Assembly: GCA_965203445.1 (NCBI GenBank)
Contig: OZ241883.1
Location: 1,056,001-1,120,000 of the forward strand
Direction of reading: 5' to 3'
From: Candidatus Oxydemutator sp.
Lineage (GTDB): Bacteria; Pseudomonadota; Gammaproteobacteria; Poriferisulfidales; Oxydemutatoraceae
Length of the DNA stretch: 64,000 nucleotides
Within the stretch, counting starts at the first letter, position 1. The number at the start of each line of letters is the position of its first letter. This document shows, one piece after another, positions 1-9,424 of the stretch. A program made the translations under genes and the position numbers. Under the pieces are notes generated by a model. It was given only the letters and a program-made list of their open reading frames with translations, was not told the DNA's origin and ran no database searches.

Positions 1-123
1 TTCATCACCGGCATAGACACCAACCTCGCTTTGCACCGGCAGATTATTGACGACTCGGCGTTCGCCGCCGGCGGTCTCGACATCCACTACCTGGAAAGAA
101 AGCACCCGCACTACAATCTTTGA
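1..123 (+). CDS. accC: Acetyl-CoA carboxylase biotin carboxylase, 3' end (partial)
   Basis: Frame 1 reads FITGIDTNLALHRQIIDDSAFAAGGLDIHYLERKHPHYNL*, matching the AccC C-terminus (GIxTN..LH..I..D..F..GG..IHYLE). The DUF3426/fis neighbourhood fits the usual gammaproteobacterial order. Confidence 0.85.
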   Translation, partial: FITGIDTNLALHRQIIDDSAFAAGGLDIHYLERKHPHYNL

Positions 124-174
124 GGCGCGGCCCGGCTTGGGTATAATTCACCGCGTTCACGCCCCTCGCCCGTC

Positions 175-192
175 GTTCCCGCGCGCGGGAAC
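175..192. repeat. Perfect palindrome GTTCCCGCGCGCGGGAAC, REP-like hairpin
   Basis: Self-complementary 18-mer in the accC-DUF3426 intergenic region; resembles GTCATTCCCGCG..GCGGGAATCC-type extragenic palindromes. Confidence 0.4.
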
Positions 193-267
193 TCGAACGA
201 GACGCGGGCGGCGACGCCGCCGCCGCATATACAAAGAGACGGGCACGGAAGATCGGCGTGCCTCCTG

Positions 268-825
268 ATGGAGAAAGAAGCCACGTTCAGAGTAGACGCG
301 GGCGGCGCCGCCCCGACGGCCGCGATCAAACGCCGCGCGCCGCGGCGTGCGCCGGGCGCGTTGTCCTGGCTGGCGTCGCTCGTATTGGCGGTGCTGGCCG
401 CGGGCAGCCTGTTCGTCGCCTTCGAGCTTCCGGTCGAGCCGCCGCGAAGCCCCTCGACGCCGCTGTTGCGCAAGTTCTGCGACCACGCGGACTGCGCCTT
501 TTTAGGCGCCGAGGTCGTCGCGCGCGACGTTCGCTTGGCGGCGCCCGCGATGCGCGCGGCGGCCGCTACGGGCACGCTGGTGTTCAGCGCCGGGGCGACC
601 GCGGCAAACGCGCGCGCGGAACAACCCTGGCCGACGTTGGTGTTTGAATTTTTCGACGCCGACCGGCGTTCTTTGCAGGTGCGCCGGGTCGCCGGCGATG
701 AGTACGCGCCGCCCGGCGGCGCGCCGGAGGATGCATCGTTCGCGCTCGAGATTACGTTCGCGGGCGTGCCGTCCGAGGCTACGCACTATTCGATAACGCA
801 GGCCGCCGGGGGTGCGCGCCCATGA
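268..825 (+). CDS. DUF3426-like membrane-anchored protein
   Basis: TM segment (WLASLVLAVLAAGSLFVAF), then C..A.C and N.....QPWP.L...F.D motifs. Its position between accC and fis is typical of DUF3426 genes. Confidence 0.65.
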   Translation: MEKEATFRVDAGGAAPTAAIKRRAPRRAPGALSWLASLVLAVLAAGSLFVAFELPVEPPRSPSTPLLRKFCDHADCAFLGAEVVARDVRLAAPAMRAAAATGTLVFSAGATAANARAEQPWPTLVFEFFDADRRSLQVRRVAGDEYAPPGGAPEDASFALEITFAGVPSEATHYSITQAAGGARP

Positions 826-1145
826 CCGCGGCGGCCAGGAAGAAAAAGAAGGGCGCGGCCGGGAGACGCCCGGAAGGCATCAACGGCGTTTTGAAGAAGG
901 GGCTTGCGCGGTATTTCGCGCTGCTCGACGGTCAGCCGCCGGCGCGTCTGCACGGCATGGTCATGGGCGAGGTCGAGAAGGCGCTGCTCGAACACACGAT
1001 GAAGAACGCCGATTTCAACCGCACGCAGGCGGCCCGCATACTCGGCATTAGCCGCGCCACCCTGAGAAAGAAACTCGCGCGCTACAAAATCACCGAAGGC
1101 GGCAACCGGACGCCGAAAAACCGCGCCCGAACCGGCGCAACGTGA
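822..1145 (+). CDS. fis: Fis family DNA-binding protein
   Basis: LARYFALLDG..P..LHGMVMGEVEKALL...M.....N.TQAARILGISRATLRKKL: canonical Fis HTH. Confidence 0.9.
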   Translation: MTAAARKKKKGAAGRRPEGINGVLKKGLARYFALLDGQPPARLHGMVMGEVEKALLEHTMKNADFNRTQAARILGISRATLRKKLARYKITEGGNRTPKNRARTGAT

Positions 1146-1183
1146 CAAATGCGCTATCCGCTCCCCGACGTTTTGGAAAACCC

Positions 1184-1819
1184 CTATGGCTGCCTGCTCT
1201 CGCGCTCGACCAGATGGTTCAGGAGCCGCACCAGCCTGGCGTAATTGCCGGCCATGCGCGGTGACGTCAGATACTTGCCGTTGACGACGAAAGTCGGCAC
1301 GCTCTTGAGGTTGTAGCCCTTGACGCGCGCGTCGGCGCGCCGGACTTTGGTATCCACCAGCAGCGAGTGATACGCCTGCCGGAACTTCTTCTCGGGAACG
1401 TCGTAGCCGGCGAAAAATCCCGCCAGCGACGACAGGTCGTTGAGCCGCAGCTTGCGCTTGTGCAGCGCCTCGAAGAACACCGGGTGCAGATCGGGAAGCC
1501 GCCCCAGCCCCTCGAGCACGAAATACACGCGCGCGTGGGTCGTCCACAGCTCGTTGAAGGTCGCCGGGGTGCGCACGAACTCGGCGTTTTCCGGCACCGG
1601 CCAGTTGTCCAGATACGGTTCGAGCACGTAGCAGTGCGGACACCCGTACCAGAAAAACTCGCGCACCTCGATCTTGTCCGCGGTCTCGGTCTGTTGCGGC
1701 GGTGACACGCGCAGGTAGTGCCGGCCCTCGACAAAATCGGCCGCCTTCGGCGTCTGGGCGACGGCCGGCTGGACGACGGCCACGGCCGCCAGCACCGCCA
1801 AGTGCAGCAGCGTTCCCAT
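1184..1819 (-). CDS. dsbA: Thiol:disulfide interchange protein DsbA
   Basis: Signal peptide, EFFWYGCPHC, VPTFVVNGKY. ATG at 1819 overlaps the c4 stop (TGATG); the ORF-track start at 2431 is an over-extension. Confidence 0.92.
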   Translation of the reverse strand: MGTLLHLAVLAAVAVVQPAVAQTPKAADFVEGRHYLRVSPPQQTETADKIEVREFFWYGCPHCYVLEPYLDNWPVPENAEFVRTPATFNELWTTHARVYFVLEGLGRLPDLHPVFFEALHKRKLRLNDLSSLAGFFAGYDVPEKKFRQAYHSLLVDTKVRRADARVKGYNLKSVPTFVVNGKYLTSPRMAGNYARLVRLLNHLVERESRQP

Positions 1820-2412
1820 CAGTGCAGACCCTGGATGTAGGAGGCCACCGCCTCGATTTCCTCGTCGGTTATCCGCGCCGAGATGCCGTTCATGATTTCC
1901 GCGCCCGGATAGGTATAGGCGCCGGCGCGGTAGTTGCGCAGGCGGGTTGCGACGTAGGCCGCGTGCTGGTGGGAAAGTTTCGGGAAACCCGCCGCCGGAT
2001 TGCCGTTGCCGCGCGGGCCGTGGCAGGCGATGCAGGCCGGCACTCCGGTTTGCGCGTTGCCGCCCTGGTACAGATGGCGCCCGCTTTCCACCAGCGCCTC
2101 GGCGGCGGCGCCGGGGGAGATTTTCATGGATGCGTAATAGGCCGCGAGGTCGTGCATGTCCTGCTCGGACAAGCCTGCCACCAGCGCGTTCATCAGCGGA
2201 TTGACGCGCTCGCCGTTTTTGAAGAACTGCAAGTGTTTGTAGAGATAGGCCGCCGCTTGCCCCGCGATCTTCGGCCACTCGGGATTGACGCTGTTGCCGT
2301 CGGTGCCGTGGCATGCGACGCAGCTTTGCGACTTCTCCCGCCCCTGCTCGACGTCGCCTTGCGCCCACGCCAAGCCACACAGCAGCAGGCCGGAAAGAAG
2401 TACTCTCTTCAC
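1819..2412 (-). CDS. Diheme cytochrome c4
   Basis: Signal peptide, two CxxCH motifs (CVACH, CIACH), WPKIAGQ and FPKLSHQHA. Confidence 0.92.
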   Translation of the reverse strand: MKRVLLSGLLLCGLAWAQGDVEQGREKSQSCVACHGTDGNSVNPEWPKIAGQAAAYLYKHLQFFKNGERVNPLMNALVAGLSEQDMHDLAAYYASMKISPGAAAEALVESGRHLYQGGNAQTGVPACIACHGPRGNGNPAAGFPKLSHQHAAYVATRLRNYRAGAYTYPGAEIMNGISARITDEEIEAVASYIQGLH

Positions 2413-2623
2413 AAGATTCCTGTTTTTTCAAGGGTTTTTAGCCGGGTGAGGCACCGCGCACACGTACGCCGTACGCAATGTATTGTATTCGTCGCCGGCG
2501 GAAAACTCAAGCGCGTGTATGAGGCCACCACATTCTGGTGGCACGCCGGTCGCTCGTCCGCCAAAGCGGCGCGTTCGTCGGCCAAAACCGCGCGCGGGCG
2601 GGTTCGCGTGTGTACTGCGAGGC

Positions 2624-3211
2624 ATGGGCAAATCACGTCCACGCCGCGCGCCCGGGTCCGGTTTCACGCTGCTCGAACTGTTGATCGTGCTGTCGTTGGC
2701 GGCCGTGTTCCTGACCGCGGCCAGCGGCTTTCAGAGCGGCTGGCGGCAGCAGAAACTATTGGACGACAACGTTCTGGCGTTGGCGCGGACGCTGCGTTTT
2801 GCGCGTGGTTACGCGGTCGTGTCCGGCGCGCGCACCGTCGTCTGCAAGAGCGCCGACGGCGCTGCCTGCGGCGGCGACGGTTACGAGCACGGATGGCTGA
2901 TCTTCGCCGAGAGACCGGCGACCGAAAACGGCAGGCTCGACGCCGCCGAGCGCCTGCTGCGCGCGCGCCGTAACGCGCACGGCGGCGCGCGCACCACGAT
3001 CCGCGCCAACGCTCATCTCGAGGACTACGTCGCTTTCAACGCGCGCGGACGTTCCGAGCGCGACGGGCGTTTTATCGTCTGTCTGGACGGAAAAGTGGAC
3101 GGCGCGGCGGCACTGGTCGTAAGCAAGGGCCGGCTGCGCTTGGCGTCGGACGGTGACGGCGACGGCGTCGTCGAGGTGAACGGTGCGAATATCAAGAACT
3201 GCCTGCTGTAA
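2624..3211 (+). CDS. fimT: FimT/GspH family minor pilin
   Basis: Prepilin site G|FTLLELLIVL, C..DG..C and GWLIF motifs of GspH/FimT. Confidence 0.8.
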   Translation: MGKSRPRRAPGSGFTLLELLIVLSLAAVFLTAASGFQSGWRQQKLLDDNVLALARTLRFARGYAVVSGARTVVCKSADGAACGGDGYEHGWLIFAERPATENGRLDAAERLLRARRNAHGGARTTIRANAHLEDYVAFNARGRSERDGRFIVCLDGKVDGAAALVVSKGRLRLASDGDGDGVVEVNGANIKNCLL

Positions 3212-3671
3212 CGGCGTCCGCGCGCGGGTTGCCGGCTACAGCCTGCTCGAACTGCTGGTCGCGCTGGCGCTGGCGGGCGTCGGTCTTTTCGGTTTCGCGC
3301 ACCTGCAGCACCAGGGTCTGATGGCCGAGCGCGAGCAGGCGACGCGCATACACGCGGTGCTGCTGCTCGACGAGATCGCGCGCCATCTGCGCGCCGTCGA
3401 CCATGCCTCGGCCTATGCCGCCGGCTACCGGCGGATGAAGAGCGTGCCCGACTGCCGGGCCGCGGCTTGCACCTCGTCCGCGTTCGCGCGTTTTCAGGTG
3501 GCGGAGTGGAAATGCCGCGCCGGCGGCGGCGCATGCGCAAAACCCCCGGGCACCGCGCCGGCGCAGTTGGAAATAGCGATCTCCGCCACTGGCTTTACGC
3601 TACGCCTGCGGTGGAAGGATGCAAACGGCCGGCGCCGGATCGCGCACCGAAGCGGGGTGCTTTACTTGTGA
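3183..3671 (+). CDS. pilV: PilV-like type IV minor pilin
   Basis: G|YSLLELLVALAL..VGLFG.A.LQ and C....C.....A......W; directly follows fimT. Confidence 0.75.
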   Translation: MRISRTACCNGVRARVAGYSLLELLVALALAGVGLFGFAHLQHQGLMAEREQATRIHAVLLLDEIARHLRAVDHASAYAAGYRRMKSVPDCRAAACTSSAFARFQVAEWKCRAGGGACAKPPGTAPAQLEIAISATGFTLRLRWKDANGRRRIAHRSGVLYL

Positions 3672-3739
3672 CCGCGAACTGCCGCCGGCGCGCGCCGTGC
3701 ATGCGGATACTTCCGGCAGCCACGAAATCGCCCCGGTGT

Positions 3740-4336
3740 TCACTCCCGCTCCAGGCGGTATATCGCGATTTCCCCCATCAGGTTCGGCAGCAGGCGCGCG
3801 CCCGCCGACGCCTGGTGGTTGACGTCCACGGTGGTGCGTTGCAGGCGCCGGTATCCCTGCTCCCGGCACAGCGCCTCGAAGTCGCGCAGCGTGCACAGGT
3901 GGATGTTCTCGGTGTCGTACCACTGCGCCGGCAGCGCGCGCGTCACCGGCATGCGCCCGCCCCAGAGCATTTGCCAGCGGCTCTTCCAGTGCCCCATGTT
4001 GGGGAAGGTGATGATCGCCTGCCCGCCGATGCGCAGCATGTCGTCCAGCAGCAGGTCGGGGCGGCGCATCGCCTGCAGGGCCTGGGTCATGACCACGAAG
4101 TCGAAACTGCGGTCGTCGAAGTACTCGCGCAGCCCCTCGTCGAGGTTGATCTGAATGACCTCGACGCCGCGCTCGATGCAGCGCACGATGTTGTCGTCGT
4201 CTATCTCCAGCCCCAGGCCGCCGACGTTGCGGTGGCGCTGCAAATACCACAGCAACTCGCCGTCGCCGCAGCCCAGATCGAGCACTTTCGATCCGGGAGT
4301 GATCCAGGCCTGGATGATCTCGAGTTCCGGTCTCAT
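3740..4336 (-). CDS. metW: Methionine biosynthesis protein MetW
   Basis: VLDLGCGDG.LL, ITFPNMGHW, WYDTENIHLCT; directly downstream of metX. Confidence 0.93.
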   Translation of the reverse strand: MRPELEIIQAWITPGSKVLDLGCGDGELLWYLQRHRNVGGLGLEIDDDNIVRCIERGVEVIQINLDEGLREYFDDRSFDFVVMTQALQAMRRPDLLLDDMLRIGGQAIITFPNMGHWKSRWQMLWGGRMPVTRALPAQWYDTENIHLCTLRDFEALCREQGYRRLQRTTVDVNHQASAGARLLPNLMGEIAIYRLERE

Positions 4337-5475
4337 CAGGTCTCTGCCAGAATACGGTCGGTGTAGGCGCGCAGCACCGCGAGGTACTGCGGCACCGGCA
4401 TCAGAAACGCATCGTGTCCCTGGCGCGCGCGGATCGCGCAGTAACTGACGCGCTTGCCGGCGCGCAGCAACGCATGCGTGATCTCGCGCGAGCGCGACGG
4501 CGGGAAACGCCAGTCGCTGGTGAACGAGGCGACCAGAAAGCTCGCTTGCGCCGCTCTGAGGGCGGCCGCCAGGTCGCCGCCGAAATCCGCCGCCGGATCG
4601 AAGTAATCGAGCGCCTTGGTCATCAGCAGGTAGGTGTTGGCGTCGAAGCGGTTCACGAAAGACTCGCCCTGATAGCGCAGATAGCTCTCGACCTGAAACT
4701 CGACGTCGAAGCCGAAGTTCAGCTTGCCTTCCTTCAGGTCGCGCCCGAATTTTTCACGCATCGCGTCGTCGGACAGGTAGGTGATGTGGCCGAGCATACG
4801 CGCCAGCATCAGCCCCTTCTTCGGCACCGCCAGATCGTAATAGCGCCCGCCGTTGAAGTCCGGGTCCGACACGATGGCCTGGCGCGCGACCTCGTTGAAG
4901 CCGATGTTCTGCGCCGACAGCTTGGGGGCGGCCGCGATCACCAGCGCGTGGCGCAGACCGTCGGGGTAGTCTATCGCCCACTGCAACGCCTGCATGCCGC
5001 CGAGACTACCGCCGATGACCGCGGCCCAGCGGCCGATGCCGAGCGCCTCGGCCAGGAGCTTCTGGCTTCTGACCCAGTCGCGCACGGTGACGATCGGAAA
5101 GTCCGACGCGTAAAGCTCGCCGCTTTCGGGATTGGTCGTGTTCGGCCCGGTGCTGCCCTTGCAGCCCCCGAGGTTGTTCGGGCACACGACGAAGAATTCG
5201 CGCGTGTCGAAAGGCTTGCCCGGCCCGATGCAGCTGTCCCACCAGCCGGGCTTGGCGTCGTCCATCGAGTGGTAGCCGGCGGCGTGCTGGTCGCTCGACA
5301 GCGCGTGGCAGATCAGCAGTGCGTTCGATTTGTCCTCGTTCAGCGTACCGTAGGTCTCGTAGGCCAGCGTGAAACCGGGCAGGCTGTGCCCGCAATCGAG
5401 CGCCAGCGGCGCGGCGAACGAATGGTGCCTAGTGTCGACGAGGCCGACCGAATCGGCTGGGATTTTTTCCGGCAT
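4336..5475 (-). CDS. metX: Homoserine O-acyltransferase MetX
   Basis: LAYETYG.LN...[19 protein letters not shown] nucleophile, GHDAFL catalytic His. Confidence 0.95.
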   Translation of the reverse strand: MPEKIPADSVGLVDTRHHSFAAPLALDCGHSLPGFTLAYETYGTLNEDKSNALLICHALSSDQHAAGYHSMDDAKPGWWDSCIGPGKPFDTREFFVVCPNNLGGCKGSTGPNTTNPESGELYASDFPIVTVRDWVRSQKLLAEALGIGRWAAVIGGSLGGMQALQWAIDYPDGLRHALVIAAAPKLSAQNIGFNEVARQAIVSDPDFNGGRYYDLAVPKKGLMLARMLGHITYLSDDAMREKFGRDLKEGKLNFGFDVEFQVESYLRYQGESFVNRFDANTYLLMTKALDYFDPAADFGGDLAAALRAAQASFLVASFTSDWRFPPSRSREITHALLRAGKRVSYCAIRARQGHDAFLMPVPQYLAVLRAYTDRILAET

Positions 5476-5529
5476 GGACGTTTCACCCGCGCTTTGCGCG
5501 GCGTGGCCATTGTATTACAACGGGTTTGT

Positions 5530-6354
5530 TCACGCGCGCCGCCGGGCCGCAAACGTCAGGACTTCGTAGCTGGCCGGCACCAGGCCGCGTACGCCGTAGC
5601 GCCGCTGGTAGTTCGCCTCCAGCGCGCGTAGGGCCGCGGGCGTCGTCAGGCCGCGACGACGCGCGGCGTGGTGGTTGGTCGCACCGCTGTTTTTCAGGTT
5701 GCGCAGCAGTTCGCCGACGCCGCGATGGTGGACGACCTCGAGCTGGCGCGTGCACAGGTCGACGTCGAAGCTGCTTTGCCGCAATTTCTTTTTCAGCTCG
5801 GCGGCGTCGGCGAAGTCGAGCGTGTGGCGGTAGCCGTCGGCCTCGCTCCAGCTCCGCCGCAGTTCGTCCAGCGTCTTCGGCCCGTAGGTCGAGAACACCA
5901 GGCGCGCGCCGCGCCGCGCGATGCGCGCGAATTGTGCGAACAGGAAGCCGGGATCGGCGAACCACTGCACCAGCGAGCTGGAGTAGATCAGGTCGAACGT
6001 TCCGTCACCGAACGGCGGGCGCTCGGCGTCGGCGCAGACGAAACGCGACGCCGCGTCGCAGCCTTGCGCGGCGCGCCGGATCATGCGCGGCGCGAAGTCG
6101 AGGCCGACGAGGAAGGCGCGCGGGAAGCGGTCGCGCAGCAGGCGCACGCCGTAGCCGGTGCCGGCGCCGGCGTCGAGTATCACGCGCGGGCCGCGCGCGT
6201 CCTTCGCGCACACGTCCGCGCACGTCTGGATCAGGTCGCAGGCGATTTTCTGCTGCACGCCGCTGTATGCATCGTAGCGAGCCGCGGCCCGGTCGAACGA
6301 ATGCCGCACCGCCCGCTTGCTGATCGAGCGCTCCGGTTTCGATACGATTTTCAC
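5530..6354 (-). CDS. bioC: Malonyl-ACP O-methyltransferase BioC
   Basis: SFDRAAARYD...VQ, LDAGAGTG SAM motif, FSTYGP.TL.ELR.SW. GTG at 6354 overlaps the bioH stop. Confidence 0.85.
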   Translation of the reverse strand: MKIVSKPERSISKRAVRHSFDRAAARYDAYSGVQQKIACDLIQTCADVCAKDARGPRVILDAGAGTGYGVRLLRDRFPRAFLVGLDFAPRMIRRAAQGCDAASRFVCADAERPPFGDGTFDLIYSSSLVQWFADPGFLFAQFARIARRGARLVFSTYGPKTLDELRRSWSEADGYRHTLDFADAAELKKKLRQSSFDVDLCTRQLEVVHHRGVGELLRNLKNSGATNHHAARRRGLTTPAALRALEANYQRRYGVRGLVPASYEVLTFAARRRA

Positions 6355-7124
6355 GCCGCCGCCTTTGCGCGCCCGCGTTCCACGCGTCGTTCGATAATCT
6401 GGCACACCTCGGCGGGGTGCGAGAGCACCAGCGCGTGGCCGGCGCCAGCGACGCGGTGAAAATGCCCGCGTTTCGCCAGGCTGGCGCTTTGCGCAAGCGC
6501 CGCCGGCGCCGCCAGCCGGTCTTGCGCGCCGGCGACGAAGTCCACGTGCCGGCGACAACCGCGCAGCTCCTCGCGCAAGTCGCAGTCGCCGAGAAAGCGC
6601 AGCGCCGCCGCCGCCTCGCGTCCCGGGCGCGCGGCGGCCGCCGTCAATCGCCGCAATACCGCCTTCGCGTTCCCGCACCCGGCGACCTGCCAACCGAGGA
6701 AGCGCGCCACGGCACTTTCGGCGTCATCCGCGAAAGACGCCGCGAAGTCGTCGAACGCGGCCCGCTCGATGCCGTGCGGCCAGTCGTCGCAGGCGACGAA
6801 ACGCGAGGGCGAGGCGAGGCAGACGACGCCCGCGGCGCGCTTTGGATGACGGCAGGCCACCGCCTGCGCCAGCAAGCCGCCGAGCGACCAGCCGACCCAC
6901 AGCGCGGGGCGCGCCACGGCCTCCGCCAGCGCGGCCACCAGCTCGTCGGGACGCGAAAACGACAGGTGCCCGTCGGCGCCCGGCACGCCGCCGGGCAGCG
7001 CGATGGTGACCAGCCGGTGGCGCTTTCGCAGGCGCGTGGCGACGTCCTCCCAGCAGCGGCGGGTCATCATCCAGCCGTGCACCAAAACGACGGGTGGGCG
7101 GATTCCGGCATCGGGCAATTTCAT
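6351..7124 (-). CDS. bioH: Pimeloyl-ACP methyl ester carboxylesterase BioH
   Basis: VHGW, GWSLGG, SPSRF....DWP, GHAL..SHP; coupled to bioC. Confidence 0.85.
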   Translation of the reverse strand: MKLPDAGIRPPVVLVHGWMMTRRCWEDVATRLRKRHRLVTIALPGGVPGADGHLSFSRPDELVAALAEAVARPALWVGWSLGGLLAQAVACRHPKRAAGVVCLASPSRFVACDDWPHGIERAAFDDFAASFADDAESAVARFLGWQVAGCGNAKAVLRRLTAAAARPGREAAAALRFLGDCDLREELRGCRRHVDFVAGAQDRLAAPAALAQSASLAKRGHFHRVAGAGHALVLSHPAEVCQIIERRVERGRAKAAA

Positions 7125-7155
7125 AATTGGATTGTATCCGTAGAATAGCCGCATC

Positions 7156-7758
7156 GTGCCCGTCCCGGAAATTGTCGAAACCTTAGCCGTGTTGCTGGCC
7201 GCCTATCTGGTCGGCTCGATTTCGTTTGCGGTTTTGATCTGCCGTGCGCACGGTCGCCCCGATCCGCGCTCGATCGGGTCGGGCAATCCGGGCGCCACCA
7301 ACGTCGCGCGCGCCGCCGGCAAAACCGCCTCGGCGCTGACGTTGTTGGGCGACGCCGGCAAGGGCTGCGCCGTGGTGCTGGCGGTGCGTTACGCGCGTTT
7401 TTCCGAGCTTGTGGTCGCGCTCGCGGCGGTCGCCGTGTTTCTCGGCCATCTGTATCCGCTGTACCACCGGTTCGAGGGCGGCAAGGGCGTGGCCACCTGC
7501 ATGGGCTGTCTGTTCGGCCTGCATCCGCTCGCGGGCCTCGCCTGGGTCGGCGCGTGGCTGGTCGTCGCCGGCGCGTTTCGCTACGTCGCGCTCGCCGGCG
7601 TCGCAGCCGGCCTGGGCGCGCCGCTGCTGGTCTGGTGGAGCGCCGGTTGGGGGCCGCCGGTCGCAGCCGCGGCCGCGATGGGCGCGCTGATTCTCGTGCG
7701 CCACCGCGACAACCTGCGGCGCATACGGTGCGGCGAGGAGGAAAAACTATTCTCGTAA
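7156..7758 (+). CDS. plsY: Glycerol-3-phosphate acyltransferase PlsY
   Basis: GSGNPGATNV.R, GH.YP....F.GGKGVAT, RH..N..R...G.E. Confidence 0.93.
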   Translation: MPVPEIVETLAVLLAAYLVGSISFAVLICRAHGRPDPRSIGSGNPGATNVARAAGKTASALTLLGDAGKGCAVVLAVRYARFSELVVALAAVAVFLGHLYPLYHRFEGGKGVATCMGCLFGLHPLAGLAWVGAWLVVAGAFRYVALAGVAAGLGAPLLVWWSAGWGPPVAAAAAMGALILVRHRDNLRRIRCGEEEKLFS

Positions 7759-7831
7759 ATGACCACCGCCCGTTGCTTCCACTCTCTTGCCCCCCAGGTG
7801 CGTCGTTACACCCGGCGGCAACGCCGTCTTC

Positions 7832-8860
7832 CTATAATGCGGGTGTCGGCGGGCGCAATTCGGTCAGCGGCCAGCGCGCGTGTACGTGCGGCGCCGGGTC
7901 GGCGGTCTGGCCGGCTTGCAGGCGCAACATTCCGGCGTTGGCGATCATGACGCCGTTGTCGGTGCACCACTTCCTCTTCGGATACGTCACTTCGCAGCCG
8001 TCCGCGCCGAGCTTGGTGAGTTCGGCGCGCAGGCGTTTGTTGGCGGCGACGCCGCCGACGGCGACCAGGCGGTCCATGCCGGTGCGTCCGAGCGCGCGTC
8101 GGCAGCGTTGCGCCAGGGCGCCTACCGCCGCCGTCTCGAAGGCACATGCCAGGTCGGCACGGTCCTGTTCGTCGTCGCCGCCGTTGTCGTGCCGCAGTTT
8201 GTGCAGGGCATGCAGCGCATGGGTCTTCAGGCCGCTGAAGCTGAAGTCCAGGCCCGGATGGTTCGCCATCGGACGCGGGAACACGAGGCGTCCGGCGCGC
8301 CCGCGTCGCGCCAACCGTTCCAGCTCCGGGCCGCCCGGATAGCCCAGGCCCAGCATCCGGGCGACTTTGTCAAAGGCCTCGCCGACCGCGTCGTCGAGCG
8401 TATCTCCGAGCAGTTCGTAGCGGCCCAGGCCGTGCGCCGCGACCAGCTGGGTGTGGCCGCCCGACACCAGCAGCGCCAGGTACGGCAGCGGCGGCGCCTG
8501 CGGCAGCGTGCACGCGAGCATGTGCGCCTCCATGTGGTGCACGCCGATGGCCGGTTTGCCCAGTGCCCACGCCAGGCCGTGTCCGAATACGGCGCCGGCC
8601 AGCAGCGCGCCGCTCAGACCGGGACCGGCGGTGTAGGCCACCGCGTCCACCCGTTCGAGCGGCTCGTCGCAGAGCGCCTCGCGCAAAAGCGGCAGCAATT
8701 TGTGCACGTGGTCGCGCGCCGCCAGTTCCGGCACGACGCCGCCGTGCGGGCGGTGCGTCTCGATCTGGCTGAACAGCGCCTCGGCGACGACGCCTTCCTC
8801 GGAGTCCACCAGTCCAATGCCGGTTTCGTCGCACGAGGTCTCTATGCCGAGAACGCGCAC
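7832..8860 (-). CDS. tsaD: tRNA N6-adenosine threonylcarbamoyltransferase TsaD
   Basis: [43 protein letters not shown]. Confidence 0.97.
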   Translation of the reverse strand: MRVLGIETSCDETGIGLVDSEEGVVAEALFSQIETHRPHGGVVPELAARDHVHKLLPLLREALCDEPLERVDAVAYTAGPGLSGALLAGAVFGHGLAWALGKPAIGVHHMEAHMLACTLPQAPPLPYLALLVSGGHTQLVAAHGLGRYELLGDTLDDAVGEAFDKVARMLGLGYPGGPELERLARRGRAGRLVFPRPMANHPGLDFSFSGLKTHALHALHKLRHDNGGDDEQDRADLACAFETAAVGALAQRCRRALGRTGMDRLVAVGGVAANKRLRAELTKLGADGCEVTYPKRKWCTDNGVMIANAGMLRLQAGQTADPAPHVHARWPLTELRPPTPAL

Positions 8861-8863
8861 GAG

Positions 8864-9424
8864 TCAGTAGAGCGAGCGCAGCGCGTTCAGCGTCAGGTAC
8901 AGCAAAAGCAGCACCGCCAACGCGCTGAAGTCTATCGCTCCGAACGGCGGCAGCAGGCGCCGCGCTGGCTCCAGCAGCGGCTCGGCTATGCCGTGGAGCA
9001 ACGACAGGAACGGGTTGGCAAACGCCTGCGCCCCGCTGACGAACCAGCTGCTGACGGCTATGATAAAGATGCTGACCATGTACGTTTGCACCAACAGTTC
9101 GCCAAGCTGTATCAGCCCCACCGTCAGCAGCGTCGGCGCCGGCGGCGAATATCCCTGAAAGCCGGCGACGAGGAACAATTCGAGCACCTTCACCAAATAG
9201 GCCAGCAGCCAGCAAGAAGAGTCCCATCTGCCGGTGCTTGGAATGATCTTTCGCGCCAGCGCGAGCGGCGGTTCGGTCAGCCGCACGATGGTCTGCGACA
9301 ACGGGTTGTAGAAGTCGGCGTGCGCCATTGCCAGCAGGCCGCGCACCACCAGCAGCAGCGCATAGAAGGTCAGCAGCGTGTCGGTTGCGAACAGCAGGGC
9401 GCGCTCGGGCGTGCCTTCGAACAT
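8864..9424 (-). CDS. yggT: YggT family membrane protein
   Basis: ADFYNPLSQ.IVRLT.P and EPLL.P.RR.LP..G.IDFS duplicated YGGT repeats; follows proC. Confidence 0.9.
   Translation of the reverse strand: MFEGTPERALLFATDTLLTFYALLLVVRGLLAMAHADFYNPLSQTIVRLTEPPLALARKIIPSTGRWDSSCWLLAYLVKVLELFLVAGFQGYSPPAPTLLTVGLIQLGELLVQTYMVSIFIIAVSSWFVSGAQAFANPFLSLLHGIAEPLLEPARRLLPPFGAIDFSALAVLLLLYLTLNALRSLY

Noticed and set aside
1184-2431. Apparent 415-aa N-terminally extended DsbA, and similar extended bioC, proC, nrdB, nqrB, apbE and NUDIX ORFs
   Set aside because: The extensions run through the upstream gene in another frame; the real starts are at stop/start overlaps or after a clear RBS.
7833-7838. TATAAT on + strand antisense to the tsaD 3' end
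   Set aside because: Coincides with the tsaD stop and last codons and has no properly spaced -35; probably chance.
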